The notes below the pieces were generated by a model. It saw only the letters and a list, made by a program, of their open reading frames with translations. It made no database searches and was not told where the DNA came from. Below, piece by piece: positions 39,169-47,401 of a stretch of DNA of 64,000 bases. Each line of letters begins with the position of its first letter. Position 1 is the stretch's first letter. This DNA is from a virus (lineage: Duplodnaviria > Caudoviricetes). The stretch is from IMG/VR virus record IMGVR_UViG_2974511964_000001, positions 32,001 to 96,000 of that record. One strand, 5' to 3'. Position numbers and translations under genes: made by a program.

Positions 39169-40410
39169 ATGACGAAGGCTACTAAAGAAAGTTATACTGA
39201 TGAATTAGGGTCTTTGTTTGGAGATTTAGCTAAGGATGATGACTCCTTAGCTACTTTTTCAGATAACGACCTAGGAGAAACTAAGGATTGGGTACCCACT
39301 TTAATTCCGGCGCTAGATAAAAACTTAGTAGCCGGTATCCCAGCCAGTGGTGAAATTTCTGAAATATTTGGGGGACCTAGCGCCGGAAAATCAACCTTTG
39401 CTGGTTTAATTATGCACAATGCTCAAAAGATGGGTATTGTACCAATTTATTTTGACGTTGAAACTACTCAGCGTGCTTCTAGGCTAATGGAATTGGGTGT
39501 AGACCCTAGGTTTGTTTTGACTGTTAAGCCTAAGCGGTTAAAGAATAAAAAGATGATGCCTTTGTATATTGAAGATATTGGTGAAAAGATGATTGATATG
39601 GCCGCTAAAATTCATGACCGTGACAAGAATCTAATTACTATGTTCATTTGGGATTCCGTAGCTATGACTCAGCCAAAGATGGCAGCAGAAGCAGATGCAG
39701 ACCAACAATTGGTGGGACAACAAGCTAAGGCTTTAACAGTCATTGGCCGTAAAATTCAGGTTAATTTAGCTGCAAACAACGGCTTTTTGCTTGCGTTTAA
39801 CCAAGCTAGGGACGATTTTAATGCCCCTAATGCAAAGTATGCACAAGTTAAAACGGTTGGTGGAAAGGGCTGGTACCACTTATTATCAACCCAAATCCTA
39901 TTTAAAAAGAGCACTAAGATTAAAGCCAAATCTTCTGACAAGGAAGCAATTGGTCAGGAAACTCGTGTGTCAGTGCCAAAATCAAAGATTGGGGATAATG
40001 CTACTGATGAGGTAACTGTTGACCTAATTGGGGCGACTGGATTTGATGCTGAACGTAATTTGATTACCTCAGCAAATGACTTGGGATTAGTAGAAGGTTC
40101 AAATTGGATGACCTATGTTACTGATAATGGCGAAAAGATTAAGCTACAAGGAAAGATTGCATGGACTGAATACTTAAAGACAGATGAAGCCAGTGAGGTT
40201 AGAACAGAATTGTGGCAGAAAGTATTACTAACCTACTTTCCAAAGTGCTACCCACCATTGTTTAACTTACACGCTCGGTTGACTGTTGACAAATTCCCAG
40301 AGATTAAAGGGTTACGCAAATATTATTCTGACATTCAGGAACAGCTCCCTGATAATGAGCAGGATTATAATTATCGTACCTATATGAAAGCAGGGTTGCC
40401 ACTTGACTAG
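39169..40410 (+). CDS. RecA/UvsX-like recombinase
   Basis: EIFGGPSAGKST, FDVE, IWDSVA, NQAR, GGKG. Confidence 0.92.
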   Translation: MTKATKESYTDELGSLFGDLAKDDDSLATFSDNDLGETKDWVPTLIPALDKNLVAGIPASGEISEIFGGPSAGKSTFAGLIMHNAQKMGIVPIYFDVETTQRASRLMELGVDPRFVLTVKPKRLKNKKMMPLYIEDIGEKMIDMAAKIHDRDKNLITMFIWDSVAMTQPKMAAEADADQQLVGQQAKALTVIGRKIQVNLAANNGFLLAFNQARDDFNAPNAKYAQVKTVGGKGWYHLLSTQILFKKSTKIKAKSSDKEAIGQETRVSVPKSKIGDNATDEVTVDLIGATGFDAERNLITSANDLGLVEGSNWMTYVTDNGEKIKLQGKIAWTEYLKTDEASEVRTELWQKVLLTYFPKCYPPLFNLHARLTVDKFPEIKGLRKYYSDIQEQLPDNEQDYNYRTYMKAGLPLD

Positions 40411-40726
40411 AAGAAATGAAGCAGACGTCATTTTAGACGTTATGCAAACGGGTCAGGGGGCTGGTTATTCCCCTAATTATAACCAGAAAGCAATTGTTAA
40501 GGAACGTTTGGGGATTCAGTTAAAAAAACACAAGCGAGTGTTATTGGTATATCAGGATATTTATCGTCCTCAACCAGCAGCAGTGGTTACTATCACTAAG
40601 TTATACGATAACTTTGCTTTAGGATATGTTTATAATAAGCTGAGTGATACAAAGATACCATATACAATCAACTATACTTCTATTATTGCAAAGGATTACA
40701 GAGTAGAATCCGCTTACGAAGAATAA
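40403..40726 (+). CDS. Conserved hypothetical protein
   Basis: Between recombinase and sigma factor. Confidence 0.6.
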   Translation: MTRRNEADVILDVMQTGQGAGYSPNYNQKAIVKERLGIQLKKHKRVLLVYQDIYRPQPAAVVTITKLYDNFALGYVYNKLSDTKIPYTINYTSIIAKDYRVESAYEE

Positions 40727-40738
40727 GGAGGGATAACT

Positions 40739-41476
40739 ATCGCTAAGAATATCACCGGTTATAACTCTGACAGTAAAAATGTATTCAATTCTGTGGGTAA
40801 TTATTATGCCCCCAAAGGTGCTTCTAACATAAAGTTTCTTAGAAGTCCTGAAAAATTACTAAAGCAGTATGACAACTTAATAAGGAGCTTAGGTAGAAAG
40901 TATGGACGGTTCCTATCATCGGAGGCCGACCGTCAAGAGCTATATTCATTCATTCAAGATGCCTTTATCTCGTTAGTAAAAGAATACGATATCAGTAGCG
41001 AAGTAGACTTTCCGGGTTATATTGTTAAGATGCTGGAGTTCAGAGTTAGTCAATCTTATGCAAAACCTGAGCAAGAGCGTAGAGACCATATCAGCCCCCT
41101 AAAGAAAGAAACCACCACTATTGAGGGTATTATTAATAGCAAGCAAATATCTGGAGACACAACTTCTATAGGGTTCAAAGGCAATGATGTTAAGAACAAA
41201 GATGGTGATATCACCCCAAAAGCTATCAGGTCTGTTGTCCATGTTCCTAGAGACAACGAGATTGATAGTACTCTGATGGAATTAATTGATGATTTAAGCA
41301 CCAGAGCACGCCTAAGCCCGATTAAGGTTGCTTTAGTAAAAGAATTTTATGAAAATGACCCCGGTGTAATAAGGGCTAAGGAGAATGTAGCCAAGCAATT
41401 AAACGTTCCTATCAGTGATGTTAAGAAAGAGTATGCAGAGCTAAAGGAATATTTAGAAATAACATACTATGATTAA
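40739..41476 (+). CDS. Phage RNA polymerase sigma factor (probable ATC start)
   Basis: L..QY.NLI.S, F..LVKEYD....VDFPGYI..ML..R region-2-like motif, C-terminal HTH; AAGGAGG 7 nt before an in-frame ATC. Confidence 0.8.
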   Translation: MAKNITGYNSDSKNVFNSVGNYYAPKGASNIKFLRSPEKLLKQYDNLIRSLGRKYGRFLSSEADRQELYSFIQDAFISLVKEYDISSEVDFPGYIVKMLEFRVSQSYAKPEQERRDHISPLKKETTTIEGIINSKQISGDTTSIGFKGNDVKNKDGDITPKAIRSVVHVPRDNEIDSTLMELIDDLSTRARLSPIKVALVKEFYENDPGVIRAKENVAKQLNVPISDVKKEYAELKEYLEITYYD

Positions 41477-41556
41477 CATATTTGGTAACCCTTATATTAC
41501 TAGGTGTAAGGATAAGTAATATAATAAATTTAGGCACGAAGAGGAGATAATCTACT

Positions 41557-42063
41557 ATGGATTTAAAAGATACGACTATGGCAAACCTAGACGGTAAATT
41601 TATCGTCAATAACTACCCATCAGCGAGTGCTGATGTATACTTTGATGAGGGTGCAGGCCCAATTGTTTTGGCAGTTAAGTCAAACAAGGTTTATCAGGTA
41701 GGGTTAACTAAGAAAGACTTGCAAGATGTTACCAAGGGTAAGTTGATTGCTACTGTTGACGACAGTAAGAAGGAAATTTCATGGGTTCAATATCATCATA
41801 AGGACAACCTGTATGATACCTATAATGGTGTTAGGGTAAGCGGATATGATGGTGCTGATGCGGGTGTTCCTTTAATTCAGGCTATTGGCCTATTCTTTAA
41901 AGGAATCAATGTAACTGCTTATGACCCTTATATTCTAAGCTTAGACGAAATTCTAAATGCTGTTTATAATGCTGATGGTTCTAAGGCAGCTGCAACTACG
42001 ACAACCACAACTACTAAAAAGGTAGCCCCAACTACAACCACTACAACTACAGCGAGCAAATGA
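41557..42063 (+). CDS. Putative virion (tail/capsid) accessory protein with Thr-rich C-terminus
   Basis: Position after the sigma factor, like the Ig-like/tail proteins of Twort-like phages; TTATATTA motif upstream; poly-Thr tail. Confidence 0.55.
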   Translation: MDLKDTTMANLDGKFIVNNYPSASADVYFDEGAGPIVLAVKSNKVYQVGLTKKDLQDVTKGKLIATVDDSKKEISWVQYHHKDNLYDTYNGVRVSGYDGADAGVPLIQAIGLFFKGINVTAYDPYILSLDEILNAVYNADGSKAAATTTTTTTKKVAPTTTTTTTASK

Positions 42064-42088
42064 TAACCCTGATGGGGGCCCATTTAAG

Positions 42089-42129
42089 ATTTCTAAATCT
42101 TCTGTTTCGAGAGCATATATTAGCCCATC
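42089..42129 (+). repeat. 41-bp perfect direct repeat, copy 2
   Basis: Identical to 4774-4814. Confidence 0.95.
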
Positions 42130-42211
42130 TTTAGTGGGCAGTGTAAAAACAACAGAAGGCTCAGCAACAATTAATGTCACACTAGAATAATTATTAAGGA
42201 GAGAATTGTTT

Positions 42212-42598
42212 ATGGCAACTAAATTTGATGTGTACAATGATAATGATACTTTAGTAGTATCTGCCCAAGAATCTCCGGTTACAGTAACTGGATTATCTCC
42301 AGATACCACATATACCGGTTGGTATGTAACGGTATCAGGACAAACTGCTAAGACTATTATTCCTGATTTCACAACTAAGTCATCTACTACGACAACTACA
42401 AGCACTACTTTAGATGTAACGACAACTACTAGTACAACTACTGTAAAACCAACTACTACAACTACCAGTACGACAACGGTAAAACCAACTACTACAACTA
42501 CTAGTACGACAACGGTAAAACCGACTACGACTACTACAACTAGTACGACAACGGTAAAACCAACTACGACTACTACTAGTACGACAACAGTAGCGTAA
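42212..42598 (+). CDS. FN3/Ig-like domain + mucin-like (TTTTTSTTTVKP)n repeats
   Basis: SPVTVTGLSPDTTY FN3-like motif; tandem Thr-rich repeats at about 42380-42590. Confidence 0.7.
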   Translation: MATKFDVYNDNDTLVVSAQESPVTVTGLSPDTTYTGWYVTVSGQTAKTIIPDFTTKSSTTTTTSTTLDVTTTTSTTTVKPTTTTTSTTTVKPTTTTTSTTTVKPTTTTTTSTTTVKPTTTTTSTTTVA

Positions 42599-42602
42599 TT
42601 AA

Positions 42603-43490
42603 ATGAAGTATCTAACAAGCCAGAACGCAACTGTTAAGTTTAAATGGCAATTGTCCGTTTATATCACTAGTTTGTTAGAAATTGGGGTTAATCCCAATGA
42701 CATTGTAGTGCTGTTCTCGGACAGTGATAGCCATATTCCTAAATATATTAGGGACCATTACCATGTAGATGTACATGTGTATGAGGATAATCGAGAAGAC
42801 AAAAGCTATATTCCTAGTATAAAGCCTTACTTGGTTTATCGTTATTTAGATGAGAATCCTTCTGCTAGACTAGAGGATTATGTCTATACAGATTCTGATA
42901 TAATTATCAGGGAGCCACTTGATTTTAGTCTGCTACCAGCTGACTGTAAAAATTGGTATGGTTCAGATTGTGGTGGATACCTTGATATGGGATACCTAAG
43001 TTATGTTGATAATTCTGAAAAGATTATTAATGCTATGCTAGAAATAGTTGGAATTACAATTGATGATGTTAAGAGTATTGATGCTAATTGTATTGGTGCT
43101 CAATATATCCTATCAAACCCTAGTCCTGAATACTTTAAGAAAGTATATCAAGACTCTTACAAACTATACCACGCAACCACAAGGATTGAGTCTAATTTTC
43201 AAAATTGGGTAGCAGAGATGTATGCTACTTTATGGAATATGCCTCTATTTGGTATTAACCCCCATATTAGTGATGAGTTGGCCTTCACGTGGGGAACTGA
43301 TAGTGCAGAGACATTCAAAGAGAACAAGATTTATCATGATGCTGGAGTAGTTGATGGTAACCAAGGATTGTTCTACAAAGGTAATTATAATATGAGAGAG
43401 CCTTTTGATGATGATTTCAGTTTCATCAGCAAAGATAAAGCATCTTATTATTATACTCAGTATATTAAAGCAACTAAGCAATACTCATAA
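42603..43490 (+). CDS. GT-A glycosyltransferase resembling peptidyl O-glycosyltransferases (GT95/GT96-like)
   Basis: Y.PSIKP, YTDSD (DxD), GAQY, WVAEMY and IYHDAG motifs. Confidence 0.65.
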   Translation: MKYLTSQNATVKFKWQLSVYITSLLEIGVNPNDIVVLFSDSDSHIPKYIRDHYHVDVHVYEDNREDKSYIPSIKPYLVYRYLDENPSARLEDYVYTDSDIIIREPLDFSLLPADCKNWYGSDCGGYLDMGYLSYVDNSEKIINAMLEIVGITIDDVKSIDANCIGAQYILSNPSPEYFKKVYQDSYKLYHATTRIESNFQNWVAEMYATLWNMPLFGINPHISDELAFTWGTDSAETFKENKIYHDAGVVDGNQGLFYKGNYNMREPFDDDFSFISKDKASYYYTQYIKATKQYS

Positions 43491-43491
43491 T

Positions 43492-43518
43492 AGGCCACCT
43501 TCAATAGGTGGCCTTTTT
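43492..43518 (+). terminator. Intrinsic terminator
   Basis: AGGCCACCT-loop-AGGTGGCCTTTTT. Confidence 0.85.
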
Positions 43519-43564
43519 ACTACAAATATGATACAATTAAAATAATTAAGAAAGAGGTAATAAT

Positions 43565-45271
43565 ATGGCATATTATGATAAGGAAACAAGCGATGAATTG
43601 AAAGATAAATTTAAAGATTTAGCTAAGCCAAATGGAGCAGATTTTTCAGGGCTCATAGACTACTTTGACAAAGGATTACAGGGTATGGATGACAAAGGCG
43701 ACAAAGGCGATACAGCGGTTATTGGTGAAAATTCAGTAAATACCATTAATTTAGTTGATAAAGCATCCACATATGCAAAAAGAACCGTGCTTGGCAATAT
43801 CACATCAGTTAATTGCACAAAAAAACCAGCTAATTACGATACGGCAGCAGGGACTTTAACCATTTATAAAGGTACGATTGTTACTCACGGCAAGGGAAAT
43901 TTCGAAACTTCAGCAGATGTTGTTTTAGATGTGATTGGTACTGGAAGCCGACAAAAAAAAATAATGTTTGACACAATAACTAATACTTTTTTTGCTTTAC
44001 CTTATAATGATTATACAAGCGTGAATGATGAAAATTGTTTGTTTTTAGGAACTGTTAATAGCTATCCAGATAACCAAACAATAAACTTGGTTTTCGATTG
44101 CACAATTGACGGCATTTATCCTACAGTTTCAAAAGAGAAATCAATACCGACAAAGAGTTTAAATATAAATTCAAGAGTTTCACGTATTATTTTAAACTCA
44201 AACGGTCAATTCCCTAATATGGATACGTCTAATAGAACATTAACTTTTTACAATGATACTATTTTGGTTTTGTCAACTGGTGAATATTATATTTTGCCTG
44301 AGACAGTTGTGGACTTAACTATTGACCCGTCCAGTGCTTTAAAAATATATTATGACACTTTCAACAAGGTTTTTACGGTAAGAGCCTATGGAAAACTAGT
44401 AAACGAAGATAATTGGATATTCGTTTGTGCGGTTAGAACATCTATTGGAGCATTATCTATCCCTTGTGCATACAACGTAAACGGAAAGCCTTTTGGACTT
44501 ACGATTCCTGATAGTGTAGTTAAGAATCCTCTAAATGCTCATGTTAAAGCAGTTTTACACAGAGGATATAACACGGTAGCACCAGAAAACACTATTCCTG
44601 CATACGAGTTAGCCAAAAAAATGGGTTTTAGTTATGTTGAAACAGATGTTAAATGGACGAGTGATGGCGTACCCATCTTACTACATGACGGCACGGTAGA
44701 CCGCACGTCTGACGGAACAGGAGCAATCGCTGATTTAACTTTTAGTTATGCGCGTTCGTTGGATTTCGGAAGCTGGAAAGGTAGTGAGTATGTAGGAACA
44801 TTAATTCCCACTTTTGAAGAATTTATTTTGAGTTGTAAAAAATTAAACTTGCATCCTTATATTCACATCAATGAACTTGTGACAGTTGAAAAAGCACAGG
44901 AATTAGTCGGTATAGTTAGAAAACAAGGAATGATAAGAAATGTATCGTGGATAAGTTTTACCACTGCCGCATTAACAAATATTTGTACAGCGTACCCAAA
45001 ATCGAGAATAGGCATGTTGTCGGGTACTTTTGATGGGACTATCTTAGATGATGCGAGAGCGTTAAAAACAACTGAAAACGATGTTTTCCTAGATGTAGAC
45101 ACTCCAGCATTAACAAAAGAAATGATTGAAGCTGCTTTATCGGAAGACATCTACGTAGAAACATATACGGTGGATTATAGTAATCTTGTGGAAGGTTATG
45201 TAAATATGGGGGTTAGTGGTATCACTACGAATAGCCTAAATATTGCCGAGATACTAGGCAACACATATTAA
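43565..45271 (+). CDS. Tail-associated glycerophosphodiester phosphodiesterase (GDPD)
   Basis: HRG...APENT.PAY, VETDV..T.DG.P.L.HD..VDRT, GVSGITTN in the C-terminal domain. Confidence 0.88.
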   Translation: MAYYDKETSDELKDKFKDLAKPNGADFSGLIDYFDKGLQGMDDKGDKGDTAVIGENSVNTINLVDKASTYAKRTVLGNITSVNCTKKPANYDTAAGTLTIYKGTIVTHGKGNFETSADVVLDVIGTGSRQKKIMFDTITNTFFALPYNDYTSVNDENCLFLGTVNSYPDNQTINLVFDCTIDGIYPTVSKEKSIPTKSLNINSRVSRIILNSNGQFPNMDTSNRTLTFYNDTILVLSTGEYYILPETVVDLTIDPSSALKIYYDTFNKVFTVRAYGKLVNEDNWIFVCAVRTSIGALSIPCAYNVNGKPFGLTIPDSVVKNPLNAHVKAVLHRGYNTVAPENTIPAYELAKKMGFSYVETDVKWTSDGVPILLHDGTVDRTSDGTGAIADLTFSYARSLDFGSWKGSEYVGTLIPTFEEFILSCKKLNLHPYIHINELVTVEKAQELVGIVRKQGMIRNVSWISFTTAALTNICTAYPKSRIGMLSGTFDGTILDDARALKTTENDVFLDVDTPALTKEMIEAALSEDIYVETYTVDYSNLVEGYVNMGVSGITTNSLNIAEILGNTY

Positions 45272-45274
45272 ATA

Positions 45275-45420
45275 ATGGTTAACCAAGGTGGTTTAGATTA
45301 TCACGTTCATTGCAAAGAAACCACAGACATGCCGTATTCCATGGCGCCAGAAGACATGTTAAATTAGGAGGTAGACAATTGAATAAGCACAAATTAAAGG
45401 TACTGTTATATAGCCAATAA
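45275..45420 (+). pseudogene. Relics: C-terminus of an APED(M)LN* module and the first codons of a following gene (MNKHKLKV..*)
   Basis: 45275-45367 encodes ...PYSMAPEDMLN*; AGGAGG then TTG AAT AAG CAC AAA TTA AAG, stopping after 13 codons. Confidence 0.55.
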
Positions 45421-45470
45421 CATTTACAGATGTTATTGAACAGTATGTATCTTCCTAAAGGAGAATAACA

Positions 45471-45968
45471 ATGGATATTTTAATTAATAAATGGTTCTTA
45501 ATTGTAGAAATAACCTATATCTTAACAGTATTCTTTGAATACTTGTCTACAATTACTGCTATCAGAAATGCTGATAGTTATGCTAGGCAAGTGGGTAATG
45601 AACTTACTAGTGATGTCATTAAGAAAGGTATCAAGTTTGGGTTTATAATGGAGGGACTAGTAGGAGCAATCCTATCAGGTGGGTTAACTGCTTTTATTAT
45701 TGCCGAGAAGGGTACCTTTACGTCTTTTGAATACGTGGTGTTTTACTTTGTTGGCTTATTTATATCATTATTTATTCGTAACTATATCTATTCTTGGGTA
45801 ACGAATGCTTATTCAGACAGACAAGTTAAGCGAATGAAGAATGCACAGGCTAAGATTATCAAGGAAGCCCAGAAAGACGTTGCTAATGGGTCTTTATCAC
45901 CTGAACAGTTAGAACATCTTATGGACTTAACTTCTGGGAAGGCACGTGATAGCCAATGGCGGAAATAA
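45471..45968 (+). CDS. Membrane protein (3 TM)
   Basis: Hydrophobic segments; RBS. Confidence 0.65.
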   Translation: MDILINKWFLIVEITYILTVFFEYLSTITAIRNADSYARQVGNELTSDVIKKGIKFGFIMEGLVGAILSGGLTAFIIAEKGTFTSFEYVVFYFVGLFISLFIRNYIYSWVTNAYSDRQVKRMKNAQAKIIKEAQKDVANGSLSPEQLEHLMDLTSGKARDSQWRK

Positions 45969-46534
45969 GTACAGTTAAAGCAGGAGTAGTAATGATAAAT
46001 TCTAATCCTTACTATTATGTGGAGGAAATTAGTGTACAAGGTGCCAGTGTTCCCTATTTAGCAGTTTATGAAATTAGTAAGGAGTCTTTGTCTCAATATG
46101 CCATAAGTAAAGACCTATCAGTGATATATAAGAAAGTTGTTCATCGTCAGGTTGACAAAACTAGAGTTATTGGCCTAACAAAATTATCAAAGTTAGTTAC
46201 TAAGGGTAAAGATAAGATTACTGAAAAGCATACACAAACTCTGGTAGCAAAACCTCTTTTCCTAGCAGAGGAAGAACCCGGAATTGATTCATTTACTAAT
46301 GAATATGGAATGGGATTTATGGAATACGTGAAGAACCCCGATGAAATTCTAAGAGCAAACATAAGTAATCAAAAAGATATGCCACCAGCAACAGTTCCTA
46401 CTGGAGTATTTATCAGTGTAAAGCATATTGCATGGCAGAAGCAGTATATTCCAATTGCAGGACTAGTTGGCTATCTGTCCGATTTAATTGATAATACTTT
46501 TGGGATGCCTTCAATTGATGTATTTGGGGGCTAG
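45956..46534 (+). CDS. Hypothetical protein
   Basis: ORF. Confidence 0.55.
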   Translation: MAEISTVKAGVVMINSNPYYYVEEISVQGASVPYLAVYEISKESLSQYAISKDLSVIYKKVVHRQVDKTRVIGLTKLSKLVTKGKDKITEKHTQTLVAKPLFLAEEEPGIDSFTNEYGMGFMEYVKNPDEILRANISNQKDMPPATVPTGVFISVKHIAWQKQYIPIAGLVGYLSDLIDNTFGMPSIDVFGG

Positions 46535-46537
46535 CTT

Positions 46538-47308
46538 ATGGCTCGTATTATGGAAGATGACGTCAAACAAGCTATTCTTAGCAACCGTCATTTGTTATCT
46601 GGATTAGGTGATTTAGGAGATACCAAAGTTATATTTGAAAAGGGCATGAATTATGGTAACTTAATAGCTGATGCTATTGCTTTTACTCAAAAACAAGGAA
46701 TCATTGGTTACGAGATTAAGACAGAGTATGACACGTTAAAAAGACTGCCAAAACAGTTGGATAGCTATGTTAGAGTATGCAACTATGTTATTGTTTTCTG
46801 TCATGATTCTAAGTTAGAGGAAGTAGAAAAGCTATTGGCTAGTAAGAACTATCCATTTGTCGGAATCATTAGTTATTCAGAATTTAATGATGATATCATT
46901 ACTGGTATGTATCGGGCTCCTCAAATTAACCCTTTATTTAAGATGAAAGCCTGCCTGTCGATGCTTTGGAAAAACGAAATATATGCCATTTTGTCGGCCT
47001 ATGTTAATCATCCGAGCAACGTGGTTAAGAATACCTATAATGAGAAGGCTACTAATGTTCATACAGCTATGCTAAGTAGAAATTCTCAGTATGGCGTGTT
47101 AAGGCGTGATATGACTAAGAGAGCAATGATTTCACTGTACGATAACCTGATTCCAGAGAATGAAGGTATCCGAATTATTTGTGAGATGTTTATCACTGAA
47201 AAGTTTGACCCTAATAAAAATTTACAGTTATACAATTATGGTGACCAGTTCACCCATGATGTAACCTTTAAAGATGGCTACAATAAGCATAACAGGAGAA
47301 GACACTAA
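46538..47308 (+). CDS. Sce7726-family PD-(D/E)XK-like protein
   Basis: IAD, GYEIKTEYDTLKRL.KQL.SY, LWK.E. Confidence 0.75.
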   Translation: MARIMEDDVKQAILSNRHLLSGLGDLGDTKVIFEKGMNYGNLIADAIAFTQKQGIIGYEIKTEYDTLKRLPKQLDSYVRVCNYVIVFCHDSKLEEVEKLLASKNYPFVGIISYSEFNDDIITGMYRAPQINPLFKMKACLSMLWKNEIYAILSAYVNHPSNVVKNTYNEKATNVHTAMLSRNSQYGVLRRDMTKRAMISLYDNLIPENEGIRIICEMFITEKFDPNKNLQLYNYGDQFTHDVTFKDGYNKHNRRRH

Positions 47309-47325
47309 ATTGTCTTCTCTTTTTT
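47296..47325 (+). terminator. Intrinsic terminator
   Basis: GAGAAGACA-loop-TGTCTTCTC followed by a T run. Confidence 0.75.
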
Positions 47326-47339
47326 ATTTTAAATAAGTG

Positions 47340-47368
47340 TTGACATTGGTGTTATTGAACTGTATACT
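47340..47368 (+). promoter_or_regulatory. Sigma-A early promoter
   Basis: TTGACA-17-TATACT. Confidence 0.8.
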
Positions 47369-47401
47369 AAGCTTATTAAATAAAGGAAGAGGTAACATAA
47401 T

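Noticed and set aside
42380-42595. 36-39 bp tandem repeats that could be read as a CRISPR array
   Set aside because: No unique spacers, units are multiples of three, and they encode in-frame Thr-rich protein repeats.
41953-42630. 225-aa minus-strand Val-rich ORF
   Set aside because: It is the antisense shadow of the ACN Thr repeats; no RBS or promoter.
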